A DNA stretch of 64,000 bases, taken from positions 34,392 to 98,391 of the forward strand of contig CAVSCA010000007.1 of assembly GCA_963726325.1 (NCBI GenBank). Direction: 5' to 3'. Shown here piece after piece: positions 37,194 to 47,370 of this stretch (positions are counted from its first letter, which is position 1; every line of letters starts with the position of its first letter). The position numbers were made by a program, and so were the translations under genes. The DNA is from an uncultured Actinomycetes bacterium. GTDB lineage: Bacteria; Actinomycetota; Coriobacteriia; Anaerosomatales; PHET01. The notes below the pieces were generated by a model, which was not told the origin of the DNA, made no database searches, and saw nothing but the letters and a program-made list of their open reading frames with translations.

Positions 37194-38266
37194 ATGGACT
37201 ACGGCGACATCATCAAGCGGTCGTGGCGCATCACCTGGCGCTACAAGGCGTTGTGGGTGCTCGGCATCTTCGCCGGGGTCTCGGGCTGCCAGGCGAGCGG
37301 CGGCTCGGGCGGCAACAGCGGCGGCTCGAGCGGCAACGGCCTCCAGCAGTTCGGAAACGAGTTCTCACGCTTCCGGTTCGAGCGCTTCATGGACCGGCTC
37401 GCCGAGCTCATCCCGCTGCTCGTCGCGATCGGCCTTGCGCTGATGCTGATCGGGCTCGTCATCGCCGTGCTGTCGATCGCAGCACGGGGCGGTCTGGTGC
37501 TGGGAACCAACGCTGCCGATGAAGGCCGCCGCGCCACGCTCACCGAACTGTGGGGCGCCGGATTCGGCCGCTTCTGGCCCCTGCTCGGCCTGGATCTGCT
37601 GCTGAAGCTGCCGATTCTCGCCGTTGTGCTGGTCATGATGGCCGGAGTCGGCGTCCCGATCTTCACGGCGTTGGCCGGGGGAGCGCAGCCCACAGCCGGC
37701 GATGATCGCGCCCGTGTGCGGCAGCCTGGGGCTCGGCGTGCCGCTGCTGTTCGTCATGAGCTTCGTCCTCGGCATCATGTACCTGATCGGCCTTGCGCTA
37801 CATGATGATCGGCGGTCAGGGCGTGCTCGAGTCGGCCGGCAACGGGTGGCGTTTCTTCCGCGCTCGTTTCAAGGACACGTTCCTGTTGTGGCTGATCAAC
37901 GCCGGGCTCAACATCGCCGCGTCCTTTGCGCTCGCGATCCCCATGGTCATCATCGGCATCGGCGTTGCGATCCCGATGGTGGCCGCGATCGTGGGCGGGA
38001 AGTGGGCCATCCTCGCCGGCGCGATCGCCTTCACGGTGTTCGCGATCTGGATCATCGCGATGGCCTACAACGCGATATGGGGGACGTTCACCTCGGCTTT
38101 GTGGACGGTGTTCTTCCGCGACGTCGCCGGTCTGAGCGCGGCGGCTCCCATGGGCGTCGCGGCGGAACCGGTCGTTGCGGCTGCCGGCTATCCCGACTCC
38201 GCTGCGCCGCCCATGGCCCCCCTCGACGCGCCACCGATGGCGCCGCAACCTCCGGCCGATGCCTGA
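37194..38266 (+). CDS. polytopic membrane protein, function unknown; two frame changes (about 37690 and about 37790)
   Basis: MDYGDIIKRSWRITWRYKALWVLGIFAG..., then MIAPVCGSLGLGVPLLFVMSFVLGIMYLIG, then MMIGGQGVLESAGNGWRFFRARFKDTFLLWLINAGLN... in frames 0, 1 and 2. Confidence 0.55.
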
Positions 38267-39122
38267 GGCGGGACGTCTCATTGTCTGCGCTACGCCCATC
38301 GGCAACCTGGCCGATGTGACACTGCGCGTGCTCGATGCGCTGCGCGACGCCGACACGGTGCTCGCCGAGGACACCCGGGTCACGCGCAAGCTGTTCGGTC
38401 GGTACGCGATCGCATCGCCCCTCGAGCGCTACGACGAGCACACCGCGTCGAAGCGGACCCCCGAGATCGTCGGGCGCATCGAGGCCGGCGAGCGTATCGC
38501 GCTCGTGTCCGACGCTGGCACCCCGGGCATCAGCGATCCCGGCGCGCGCCTTGTCGACGCGGCGCTGGACGCGGGCCTGCCGGTCGAGGTGTTGCCGGGC
38601 GCCTCGGCGATCCTGGCCGCGCTGGTCGCCAGCGGGTTGCCCACGCACGCCTTCTACTTCGGCGGCTTCGTGCCCCGCAAGAAGGGCGAGCGTGCGCGGC
38701 TGCTCGAATCGCTCGGTGCGCTCGACGCGACACTCGTCTTCTACGAGTCGCCCAAGAGAACCGCGGCAACGCTTCGAGCGCTCTCTGAGGCGTTCCCGGG
38801 GCGCACCGGGGCGATGGCGCGCGAGCTGACGAAGTTGCACGAGGAGGTCGTGCGCGGCCCTTTGAGCGAGATCGCCGAGCAGATCGCACAACGCGAGGAC
38901 CTCAAGGGGGAGGTCGTCGTGCTCGTGGGCCCGCCGGCCGGCAGAAAGACGGCCGCGACCTACCCCGAGGCCGTTGACGAAGAGCGCGTCCGCGCGATGG
39001 TCGCGCGGCTCATCTCGGAGGGCACGACGCGCACGGCGGCGGTCAAGCAGGTAGCGCGTGAACTGGGTGTCGAGCGCAACACGGTCTACGACCTGACGAT
39101 GGGCAGGAAGGGCGACGCCTAG
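38259..39122 (+). CDS. rsmI: 16S rRNA (cytidine1402-2'-O)-methyltransferase
   Basis: ATG 38259. LIVCATPIGNLADVTLRVLDAL...VLAEDTR...VSDAGTPGISDPG...LPGASA...FYESPKR. Confidence 0.9.
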   Translation: MPEAGRLIVCATPIGNLADVTLRVLDALRDADTVLAEDTRVTRKLFGRYAIASPLERYDEHTASKRTPEIVGRIEAGERIALVSDAGTPGISDPGARLVDAALDAGLPVEVLPGASAILAALVASGLPTHAFYFGGFVPRKKGERARLLESLGALDATLVFYESPKRTAATLRALSEAFPGRTGAMARELTKLHEEVVRGPLSEIAEQIAQREDLKGEVVVLVGPPAGRKTAATYPEAVDEERVRAMVARLISEGTTRTAAVKQVARELGVERNTVYDLTMGRKGDA

Positions 39123-39364
39123 CTCTTCTTGACCGTCTCGATGCAGCTGGAGCAGACGGGGCGGCCCTTCACCTCGGTCATCTCGTCGAGGGTCTCGCCG
39201 CACAGTGCGCACGCGTCTTTGTGCTTCTGCAAGATGATGCGGTCGCCTTCAACGAAGATCGCCATCGGGTCTTTGACGCTGATGCCCAGCGTCCGACGCA
39301 ACTCCATTGGAATCACGATACGGCCCAGATCGTCGACTCGCCGGACGATGCCCGTGTCGTGCAT
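39119..39364 (-). CDS. abrB: AbrB/SpoVT-family transition-state-type regulator with C-terminal Cys4 ribbon
   Basis: GGAGAGG then ATG 39364. MHDTGIVRRVDDLGRIVIPMELRRTLGISVKDPMAIFVEGDRIILQK, then CALCG...CSSC. It sits in the same position as B. subtilis abrB (between rsmI/yabC and metG). Confidence 0.8.
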   Translation of the reverse strand: MHDTGIVRRVDDLGRIVIPMELRRTLGISVKDPMAIFVEGDRIILQKHKDACALCGETLDEMTEVKGRPVCSSCIETVKKS

Positions 39365-39489
39365 GACGACCACCTCTCCGATGTCTGCGCGTGTGGGGCG
39401 GGCGCAAACGGTTAGAATCACTCGGTAGGCTTTCGGCTTTGTCAGCTCACCTTCCAGTATTACCCACGACCTCGGAGTCCCGAAACACG

Positions 39490-41049
39490 ATGTGCGCCCA
39501 GTCTTTCTACCTCACCACGCCTATCTACTACGTGAACTCGGTGCCCCACCTCGGCACCGCCTACACGACCGTCGCCGCCGACGCGCTCGCGCGCTACCGC
39601 CGCATGCTCGGCGATGACGTGCACTTCCTCACCGGGCTCGACGAGCACGGGCAGAAGGTCGAGCAGGCGGCCACCGAGAACGGCATGACGCCGCAGGCGT
39701 GGGTCGACTCCATCGCGCCCAAGTTCCAGGCTTCGTGGGAGATGCTCGGCATAACCAACGACGACTTCATCCGGACGACGCAGGAGCGCCACGAGCGCGG
39801 AGTGCAGCGTCTCGCGCAGGTGCTCTACGACCGCGGTGACATCTACAAGGGGCACTACGAGGGCTGGTACTGCGTTCCGGACGAGACCTACTGGGCCGAG
39901 GGCGACCTGGGCGAGGGAAGCACCTGCCCGCAGTGCGGCCGGCCCGTCGAGTTCGTCCGTGAGGACAACTACTTCTTCAAGCTCTCGGCCTACGCCGAGG
40001 AACTGCTCGCGCTCTACGAGGCCAATCCCGACTTCATCCGCCCCGAGACCCGGCGCAACGAGGTCGTGAGCTTCGTCAAGGGCGGCCTTCGCGACCTGTC
40101 GATCTCGCGTGCGAACGTGAAGTGGGGGGTCCCGCTCCCGTGGGATCGGACGCACACGATGTACGTGTGGTTCGACGCGCTGATCAACTACATCACGGCG
40201 GTGGGCTACGGCGATCCCGACAAGGCCGCCGAGTTCGAGCGCCGCTGGCCCGCGCAGATCCACTTCGTGGGCAAGGACATCATCCGGTTCCACTGCGTGA
40301 TCTGGCCGGCGATGCTCATGGCCGCAGGCATCCCGGTGCCCAAGAGCGTCTTCGCGCACGGCTTCCTGCTCACCAAGGGCGAGAAGATGAGCAAGTCGAA
40401 GGGCAACGCGGTGTCGCCCGCCCAGCTCGTGGAGCGCTTCGGCGTCGACGGCTACCGCTACTACTTCTTGCGCGACGTGCAGTTCGGTACCGACGGCTCC
40501 GTCTCGATGGAGGCGATGGTCCAGCGCTACAACGGTGACTTGGCCAACGACTGGGGCAACCTGTGCTCTCGGCTGTTCAACATGGTCGGCAAGTACTTCG
40601 ACGGCGCGGTGCCCGATCCGGCCGGATCGCCGACGCTCACCGAGGACGACGCCGACCTGCGCGATATCGCGCTGCGTCTGCCCGAGCGCTACGACTCGGC
40701 GATGGCCTCGCTGGACTACGCCGGTGCGCTGGAGGCCACCTGGGACCTGGTGAAGCGGGCCAACCGCTACATCGAGGACTCTGCGCCGTGGAACCTCGCG
40801 AAGTCCGAGGAGACGATGGGCCGGCTTGGCGCCGTGCTCTACAACGCGCTCGAAGCGGTCCGCATCGCCGCGCTGTTCTGCGCGCCGGTCATGCCCGCCA
40901 CCTCGGCCGAGGTCTGGCGGCGGCTGGAGCTCGCCGACATCACTGCCGTCACCGACCTTGCGGCCGAGGTGCAGTGGGGCCGGCTGCCCGTCGGCAACGC
41001 CGTCGTGAAGGGCGACCCGCTCTTCCCGCGCATCGTCGAGGACGCCTAG
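39490..41049 (+). CDS. metG: methionine--tRNA ligase (short form, no C-terminal tRNA-binding domain)
   Basis: Intact 519 aa. FYLTTPIYYVNSVPHLGTAYTT, zinc knuckle CPQCG and KMSKSKGN. Confidence 0.92.
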   Translation: MCAQSFYLTTPIYYVNSVPHLGTAYTTVAADALARYRRMLGDDVHFLTGLDEHGQKVEQAATENGMTPQAWVDSIAPKFQASWEMLGITNDDFIRTTQERHERGVQRLAQVLYDRGDIYKGHYEGWYCVPDETYWAEGDLGEGSTCPQCGRPVEFVREDNYFFKLSAYAEELLALYEANPDFIRPETRRNEVVSFVKGGLRDLSISRANVKWGVPLPWDRTHTMYVWFDALINYITAVGYGDPDKAAEFERRWPAQIHFVGKDIIRFHCVIWPAMLMAAGIPVPKSVFAHGFLLTKGEKMSKSKGNAVSPAQLVERFGVDGYRYYFLRDVQFGTDGSVSMEAMVQRYNGDLANDWGNLCSRLFNMVGKYFDGAVPDPAGSPTLTEDDADLRDIALRLPERYDSAMASLDYAGALEATWDLVKRANRYIEDSAPWNLAKSEETMGRLGAVLYNALEAVRIAALFCAPVMPATSAEVWRRLELADITAVTDLAAEVQWGRLPVGNAVVKGDPLFPRIVEDA

Positions 41050-41064
41050 GCGAGGCTGGATGTC

Positions 41065-41956
41065 ATGAACGCGCTCATTCCGCTGTTCGTCGACAGCAAG
41101 GGCCGAGAAGTCCTCGCGCCCGACTTCGGCGGCGCCCCTGTCGCCGACACGCACGCGCACCTCGACATGCTCGAGGATCCCGCGCTCGCACTCGCGAGGG
41201 CGGCGCTTGCGGGAGTGCGCTTCGTGGCCACCGTGGCAGATGTCACCGAGGACGCGTGGCGCACCTTCGACGAGCTGCCCAGCTGGCTGTCGAACGCCGC
41301 CGAGATGCTTCGCTCGGCAGGCCGAGAAGACCTCGAGCTCCCGCGGGTCCGCGTCGTGGTGGGAGCGCATCCGCACAACGCCAAGGAGTGGAGCGCAGAG
41401 CGCGAGGCGGAGTTTCGCCGGCTTGCCGCAGACCCGCTGACCTGTGCGGTGGGGGAGATGGGGCTGGACTACCACTACGATCACTCGCCGCGCGACGTCC
41501 AGCGAGGCCGCTTCGCGACGCATCTGGAGCTGGCGCACGAGTTCGGTCTGCCCGCCGTGGTGCATCTGCGCGAAGCGCACGACGACGGGCTGGCCATCCT
41601 GCGCGAGCACGGTATCCCATCGGCCGGATGCATCCTGCACTGCTTCAACCTCGGGCCTGAGGTGATGGCGCCATTCCTTGAGTTGGGCTGCCACGTGAGC
41701 TTCGCCGGACCCGTCACCTTCAAGAAGGCCGAGGAGGTCCGCGCCGCGGCTCGCGAGGTGCCCGCCGGTCGGCTGCTCACCGAGACCGACTGCCCGTTCA
41801 TGGCTCCCGAGCCGTTCAGGGGCAGGAAGAACGAGCCCGCGTTCGTGGTGTTCACGGCCGGCATGCTGGCGAGTGCTCGCGCCGAGGACCCCGCGGAGTT
41901 CGCCGCTCGCCGCCTTCGATGCGGCCCGTTCGCTGCTGGACGGCGAGCGCCCATGA
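41065..41956 (+). CDS. tatD: TatD-family metal-dependent hydrolase; frame change near 41890-41905
   Basis: DTHAHLD...VGEMGLDYHY...VVHLREA...ILHCF...TETDCPFMAP. The natural end AFDAARSLLDGERP* (TGA 41954-41956) is in the +1 frame. As written the ORF runs into the next gene. Confidence 0.8.
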
Positions 41957-42555
41957 GTGGCTCGCCGCGCGTCTTGTGCATCGCAGGCAGCCCGCGCCGC
42001 AACGGCAACTCGGACCGGCTTCTCGATTCGCTTGCCAAAGGCGTCGGGGAGGCGGGGGGCGATCCCCTGCGGCTTGTCGCGGCGGATGCGGGCATCGCGC
42101 CGTGCCGCGGCTGTCACCGCTGCTCGAAGGAGGGCCAGTGCGTGGTACGCGACGGGATGGACGACGTCTACCGCATGCTCGACTCGGCCGACGCGATAGC
42201 GATAGCGACGCCGGTGTTCTTCGCTACCGTGCCCGCAGTCCTCAAGGCGATGTACGACCGCTGCCAGCCCTACTGGGCGCGCCGCTACGTGCTGGGAGAG
42301 CCGCCGCCCGCACGCAAGCGGCCCGGCGCCCTGCTGGTGGTGGGCGGCGGCGGCGATCCGTTCGGGACCGCGTGCGCGGTCACCCCGACGAACAGCATCT
42401 TCGGGGTGCTCGGCGTCTCGCTCGATCACGTTCTTGAGGTCGTCGGTCCCGACGAGCCCCGCGACATCGAGCGCTATCCCGACGAGCTCGAGCGGGCGCA
42501 TGCGATCGGTCTGGAGCTCGGTCGCGGCGCCTCCGGAGCGCCCGTGCACGGCTAG
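41953..42555 (+). CDS. flavodoxin-fold FMN reductase / iron-sulfur flavoprotein-like protein
   Basis: ATG 41953 lies in an ATGA overlap with the tatD stop. RVLCIAGSPRRNGNSD, Cys cluster CRGCHRCSKEGQC, and ADAIAIATPVFF. Confidence 0.75.
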   Translation: MSGSPRVLCIAGSPRRNGNSDRLLDSLAKGVGEAGGDPLRLVAADAGIAPCRGCHRCSKEGQCVVRDGMDDVYRMLDSADAIAIATPVFFATVPAVLKAMYDRCQPYWARRYVLGEPPPARKRPGALLVVGGGGDPFGTACAVTPTNSIFGVLGVSLDHVLEVVGPDEPRDIERYPDELERAHAIGLELGRGASGAPVHG

Positions 42556-42686
42556 TCTCTCGGGTTCTTCTCGGCCGCGTTCCGTGGCGACCTGCGTGTT
42601 TGCGTCGAGTCCGGCGTCGCGGTAGCATCGGAACTCCCCCTCTGTTACCGGGGCGTTGCCGTACCGTCGATTTCGCGAGGGATTTG

Positions 42687-43712
42687 ATGCGGGTCCGAAC
42701 CAGGCGTTCGGCCCGGTCTCTCAAGCCACAACACATCGCCGCAGCCGTCATTCCACTACTGATCGTCACACTGAGCGTGACCGGGTTCATGTGGGCACAG
42801 AAGGACGTCACAGTCGTCGTCGACGGCCGTGCTGTCCGAGTCCAGACGCACGCCTCAGACGTGGCCCAGGCCCTCGCGGACGCTGACGTGTCGGTCGACG
42901 GCAACGACATGGTCACTCCGCCGCGCACGAGCGACATCGAGTCGGGCGACACCGTCGTCGTGCGGCACTCCGTTCCCATCACCGTCGATCTCGGCCAAGG
43001 CGAGGTCGAGGTTGATGTGGTCGGCGATACCGTCGCCGATGCGCTCGTTGCCGCCGGTGCTGAGACGATGGACAGCACGGCGGTCACTCCGCCGCTCGAG
43101 CAACCGCTCAAGCCGGGGATGACGATCGCCGTGCCGGCGGTCTTCACTCGCATCACGAGCGAGGAGCAGACGCTCACGCCGAAGGTCGAGCTGCAGGCGG
43201 ACTCGTCGCTGCCCAAGGGCGAGCGGCGTGTCATCACCGGCGGATCTCCCGGCAAGATGCTGTGCGTCTATCGGGTGACGGTCAACGACGGCGTCGAAAG
43301 CACCCCCACCCTGAGTGCTCAGCGGGTCCTCGACCCGTCGGCACCGCGGATCGTCGCGGTGGGCACCGGCGCACGCCGAACCGCCCGACGTGCGGCGTTC
43401 GTCCGCCACCGGATCCCCAAGCCACCCAAGACCGGTCGGAAGATGCGTGTTGAGACGACCGCGTATTCGCCGAGGGAACCCGGGTTGGACTTCGTCACGG
43501 CGACCGGCGCGCGCGCCCGCCACGGCGTGATCGCCGTCGATCCCCGAGTGATCCCGCTTGGCACGCACGTCTACGTCCCGGGCTACGGGTACGCTGTGGC
43601 CGCGGATACCGGCGGCGCGATCAAGGGGCGTCGCGTCGACCTGTGCTTCGAGACGGTCGCCGAGTGTGACCGTTGGGGCCGCCGCGACGTCACGATCATC
43701 GTTCTCGACTGA
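42687..43712 (+). CDS. YabE-like cell-wall protein (DUF348 x2, G5 and 3D domains)
   Basis: GAGGGA then ATG 42687. N-terminal TM helix. VTVVVDGRAVRVQTHASDVAQAL and the 3D-domain end TATGARARHGVIAVDPRVIPLGTHVYVPGYGYAVAADTGGAIKGRRVDL. Intact. Confidence 0.8.
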   Translation: MRVRTRRSARSLKPQHIAAAVIPLLIVTLSVTGFMWAQKDVTVVVDGRAVRVQTHASDVAQALADADVSVDGNDMVTPPRTSDIESGDTVVVRHSVPITVDLGQGEVEVDVVGDTVADALVAAGAETMDSTAVTPPLEQPLKPGMTIAVPAVFTRITSEEQTLTPKVELQADSSLPKGERRVITGGSPGKMLCVYRVTVNDGVESTPTLSAQRVLDPSAPRIVAVGTGARRTARRAAFVRHRIPKPPKTGRKMRVETTAYSPREPGLDFVTATGARARHGVIAVDPRVIPLGTHVYVPGYGYAVAADTGGAIKGRRVDLCFETVAECDRWGRRDVTIIVLD

Positions 43713-43714
43713 CG

Positions 43715-44567
43715 GTGCCGGTATCTCCTCTCGCCAGTCCGCGCGCCACGCTCGCCGTACTCGAGCGTCATGGGCTGCATACCAAGAAGCGCCTCGGCCA
43801 GCACTTCCTTGTCGACGACAACGTCGTGGGGCGGACATTGGCGCTGGCGGATCTCTCAGGAAGCGAGACGGTTCTTGAGGTGGGTCCGGGCATCGGCACT
43901 CTGACGGTCGCGCTGTGCGATGCGGCGGGTGCTGTCGTAGCCGTGGAGCGCGACTCGGATCTCGCGGCGGCTCTTGCCGAGACGACCGCCGGATGCCCGC
44001 GGCTCGCGGTGGTGCACGCCGACGCCGTGAGTGTTGCCGCCGACGAGATCGGCGCTCCGTTCGGCCCACCCGATGCGCTCGTCGCCAACCTGCCCTATGC
44101 CGTGGCGGCGACGGTGGTCCTGCGCTGCTTCGAGGAGTTCTCGGAGATACGCCAGGTCACCGTGATGGTGCAGGCCGAGGTGGCCGACCGAATGATGGCG
44201 GTGCCGGGCACCAAGGACTACGGCTCGTACACCGTCAAGCTTCAGCTGCGCGCCAGGCCGGCCGGCCGTTTCGCCGTGGCCAGGAGCTGCTTCTTGCCGC
44301 CTCCGCGCGTCGATTCCGCGGTCCTGAGGCTCGAGCAGGATCGATCCGCCGGCGCCCCCGCATCTGGTGCAGGCGGCCTGCCGAGTGGCCGACGCCGCCT
44401 TCGCACAGAGGCGCAAGACGCTTCGGAACTCCCTGCGCTCGGCACTGCAGCTCGATGCCGACAGCCTCGATCGAGCGCTTCTGAGAAGCGGCATCGACGG
44501 CACTGTCCGGGCCGAGACGCTGCCGCCCGAAACGTTCCTGGCGCTGGCGCGAGAGCTCGAGGGCTAG
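43715..44567 (+). CDS. rsmA: 16S rRNA (adenine1518/1519-N6)-dimethyltransferase; frame change near 44340-44365
   Basis: KKRLGQHFLVD...VLEVGPGIGTLT...ANLPY. The C-terminal part AFAQRRKTLRNSL...ETLPPETFLALAREL is in ORF 44367-44567. A C5 run at 44355-44359 sits at the junction. Confidence 0.85.
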
Positions 44568-44710
44568 CCGTTCCCAAGACGGGGTGTCGGGTGCCGGGCG
44601 GGGGACGAGCGGTCATCATGACGCCGAAGAACGGTAAGGAAACCTTAACGACGGCCGAACTTCGTGCGTGAAACGCTGAGCGTGGACTAGCAATTCCGCC
44701 GCTCGTCGGC

Positions 44711-44716
44711 TATAAT
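44711..44716 (+). promoter_or_regulatory. candidate -10 box TATAAT for veg
   Basis: A perfect TATAAT (rare in this composition) lies 30 nt before ATG 44746. AAGGAGG RBS at 44730-44736. No convincing -35 at 17-nt spacing. Confidence 0.35.
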
Positions 44717-44745
44717 CACCGCTTGAGCGAAGGAGGTTCCATTAC

Positions 44746-45027
44746 ATGGACCTAACACGGCAGGTCGAGGTCGTAGGACGTATCCGGTCCGACCTCGAGG
44801 AACTGACCGGTGCCCGCATCAAGGTTCGGGCGAACATGGGGCGTTCCAAGATCGTGGAGCGCGAGGGGATTCTGATGCAGACCCATCCCGCCCTCTTTGT
44901 GGTCGAAGTGCAGGAGAAGCGCGAGCGCACAGCACGCGCGAGCTACCAGTACGTCGACGTTCTCACCGGGACGGTCGAGCTGACCCACCCGGAGAGCGGC
45001 GAGACCCTGTTCCCCTGGCTCAACTAG
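44746..45027 (+). CDS. veg: Veg (DUF1021) protein
   Basis: Intact 93 aa. IKVRANMGRSKIVEREGILMQTHPALFVV...SYQYVDVLTGTVEL. Confidence 0.85.
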   Translation: MDLTRQVEVVGRIRSDLEELTGARIKVRANMGRSKIVEREGILMQTHPALFVVEVQEKRERTARASYQYVDVLTGTVELTHPESGETLFPWLN

Positions 45028-45097
45028 CCAGGAACCGACACCCGGTCGAGACCGAGCGCGGCCCACACGGGTCCGCGCTCGTTCGTTTGGGGGAAGC

Positions 45098-45991
45098 GTG
45101 CTGCGCATAACCGCGCCCGCGAAGGTCAACCTTCATCTTGCGATCGGCGCTCGCCGCGCTGACGGCTACCACGAACTCGTGGGCGTCTTCCACGCGCTCG
45201 AGCTTGCGGACAGCATCTGGATGGAGCCCGCGGATGGGCTCACCGTCGAGTGCGATACCGACGTCGGAGCGGAGCCTCGGCACAATCTCGCGTATCGCGC
45301 TGCCGAGGCGATGGGAGCGGCGTTCGAGCGCGAGCCCGCCGTGCGCATCGTGCTGGAGAAGCGCATCCCGCACGGCGCGGGGCTCGGCGGCGGCTCCTCG
45401 GATGCCGCTGCGGTGATCGCCGGACTCGCGACGATGTGGGGGGTCGATCCCGAAGACCCCCGCTGTCATTGCAGCCGGCTCCTCCGTCGGCGCCGACGTG
45501 CCGTTCTTCCTCACCCGTGGCGGCTGCGCGCTGATGACGGGGCGCGGCGATGTGGTCGAGCGAGCCGTCGCGGCGCTTCGACGGCGTTCCGATCGCTCTG
45601 GTGAGGCCCCCCGAGCCCGTGTCCACTGCAGCCGCCTACGCTGCGTTCGACGGTGACCCGCAGCCGGCCGCTTCGGCGGAGGGAGTCATCGCCGCTCTCG
45701 AGGCTCGGGATGTGGCGGCGCTTGGCGCCGCGCTGTTCAACAACATGACCGCGGCATCGGCGACGGTAGTGCCCGCAGTCGCCGAAGCGCTAGCATGGAC
45801 ACGTTCGCAAGACGGAGTGCTCGGCGCGGCAGTCGCAGGCTCGGGCTCCGCCGTCTTCGCTGTGGTGCGCGACAGTGAGGCGGCCGAAGCCGTGGCCAGC
45901 CGCAGGTGCGGCCAGGGGATGGTGGACGGCGGCAACCAGCTTGGCTGCGAGCGGCGTTCAGGTGCACGATGACACGAGGGGCTTCGAGTGA
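45098..45991 (+). CDS. ispE: 4-diphosphocytidyl-2-C-methyl-D-erythritol kinase; 2-3 frame changes
   Basis: ITAPAKVNLHL...GYHEL...EKRIPHGAGLGGGSSDAAAV (frame 2). GADVPFFLTRGGCALMTGRGD (frame 0). PIALVRPPEPVSTAAAYAAFD...AGSGSAVFAV (frame 1). The literal stop is at 45972. An alternative frame ends at 45991, overlapping the next start. Confidence 0.8.
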
Positions 45992-46772
45992 AGGTCGACG
46001 CGGTAGTTCTGGCTGGTGGTGACGGTGGGGTCATCGACCCCAGGGTCCACATCAAGGGTCTCGTGCCGGTCGCGGGCAAGCCGATGGTCGAATGGGTCGT
46101 CGACGCGCTTCGCTCGGCCGAGCTTGTCGAGCAGATCGCGGTCGTCGTGCCGACCGCCGAGAACCTTGGTGCGTGGGTCAACAAGGCCGACAAGATCGTC
46201 GTGAGTGACGGCCGGTTCGTCGACAACGGCATCGCGGGGGTCAACTCGTTTCAGCAACGACCGGTGCGTGCTGGTGACGACCGGGCGACCTGCCGGCGCT
46301 GACGCCAGAGGCGGTCGACGACTTCATCACCCAGTCCCTCGAGCGTGACGCGGACTTCAGCTACCCGCTCGTGCGCAAGGAAGACATGCTCGAGCAGTTT
46401 CCCGGATCGGAGCGCACGTTCGTCAAGATCGCCGGCGGGCGTGTCACGGGCGGCAACATGATGGTGCTCTCTCCCGACCTCGTCGTGAAGGCCCGAGAGA
46501 TCGGGCAGCGCTTCTTCGATACCCGCAAGAGCCCGGTCAAGATGGCGCGCGTGGTCGGCCTCAAGTTCATGTACAAGATGGCGATGGGCACGCTCGATCC
46601 CGTGGATGTCGAAGCCAAACTCGGCGAGCTTCTCGGCGGAACGTGCGCGGCGATCTACACGTCTCACGCGTCCATCGGCGCGGACGTGGACAAGCCCATC
46701 GACCTCGTCGTTTCAGAAAGAGTAATGTTCGAGCGGCGACGCGGTAGGATAAGCGGGGGCGCTGCAGAATAG
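45988..46772 (+). CDS. MobA-like nucleotidyltransferase family protein; two frame changes (about 46260 and about 46283)
   Basis: VDAVVLAGGDGG...LVPVAGKPMVEWVVDAL, then FSNDRCVLVTTG, then DLPALTPEAVDDFI...GGRVTGGNMMVLS in frames 1, 2 and 0. Confidence 0.65.
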
Positions 46773-46837
46773 CGTCAACAGGGTGGAAGACGGTCGGGGG
46801 ACCGTCTCAGACAAGCTGTGCCGGCAAAGGGGGAGAG

Positions 46838-47147
46838 ATGGACATCACCAAGGTCACCCTGCGTCCGGTTGCGATGAACAAGGTGGTCGCGATCGCCAGC
46901 ATCGTGATCGACGACAGCTTCGTGGTTCACGATCTGCGCGTCGTCAACGGTGACAAGGGACTGTTCGTCGCGATGCCGTCTCGCAAGCTTCCCAACGGGG
47001 ACTTCCGAGACATCTGTCACCCCATCAGCACCGACGCCCGCAACGGGATACAAGAGGCCGTGCTGGCCCAGTTCATCAGCGAGGGCGGGGTTGATGCCTT
47101 CGCGGCCGCTGCCGCAGCAGCAAGAGCCGGTCTCGGCCGAGGTCTGA
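46838..47147 (+). CDS. spoVG: SpoVG family protein; 3' end uncertain
   Basis: MDITKVTLRPVAMNKVVAIASIVIDDSFVVHDLRVVNGDKGLFVAMPSRKLPNGDFRDICHPISTDARNGIQEAVL. The literal ORF runs to 47290 across tRNA-Gln. The +1 frame stops at 47147. Confidence 0.8.
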
Positions 47148-47245
47148 CACATCCCGCGTCGTCGGCGGTCTGTGCGCCCCGTGCGGCAATCCCGCCGGAC
47201 CGGTTGACGCACCTTCCGGGCACTCCCTACACTTCTCGGGCGCGT

Positions 47246-47319
47246 TGGGGCATCGTTCAACGGCAGGACCCGGGATTTTGGTTCCCGTGATCCAGGTTCG
47301 AATCCTGGTGCCCCAGCCA
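47246..47319 (+). tRNA. tRNA-Gln (anticodon UUG), CCA encoded
   Basis: TGGGGCATCGTTCAACGGCAGGACCCGGGATTTTGGTTCCCGTGATCCAGGTTCGAATCCTGGTGCCCCAGCCA. Anticodon stem is CGGGA/TCCCG and the loop is TTTTGGT. Confidence 0.92.
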
Positions 47320-47370
47320 CTCACCTATACTCGCGCTAGGCGCGCAGTCTACCTACAGGGGGAGCCCGCC

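Noticed and set aside
39365-39489. T-box or other leader RNA upstream of metG.
   Set aside because: Only about 125 nt are available and are shared with the divergent abrB promoter. There is no specifier-loop or T-box consensus visible, and the region is too short for a T-box leader.
39460-42549. Very long antisense ORFs: 1029 aa at 39460-42549 (-), 878 aa at 51054-53690 (-), 653 aa at 54803-56764 (-), 523 aa at 123-1694 (-), and many others.
   Set aside because: They lie exactly opposite well-recognised genes (metG/tatD, M23/nfnA, the response regulator/DUF711, porA). They have Arg/Gly/Ala/Pro-dominated composition typical of non-coding frames in G+C-rich DNA, and they show no family resemblance.
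42556-42686. c-di-AMP (ydaO-type) riboswitch upstream of the yabE-like wall gene; also checked upstream of the M23 peptidase (52280-52481, minus strand) and the coiled-coil protein (26522-26693).
   Set aside because: None of the conserved ydaO blocks that I remember (GGGGACCCA, ACGGGG, CCGAAUCC spacing) are present. The regions are short and lack the pseudo-two-fold architecture.
44620-44673. A 17-codon ORF (MTPKNGKETLTTAELRA) between rsmA and veg, at the position where B. subtilis has yabG.
   Set aside because: It has no RBS, it lies in the read-through frame of the frameshifted rsmA, and it has no family resemblance. It is most likely non-coding.
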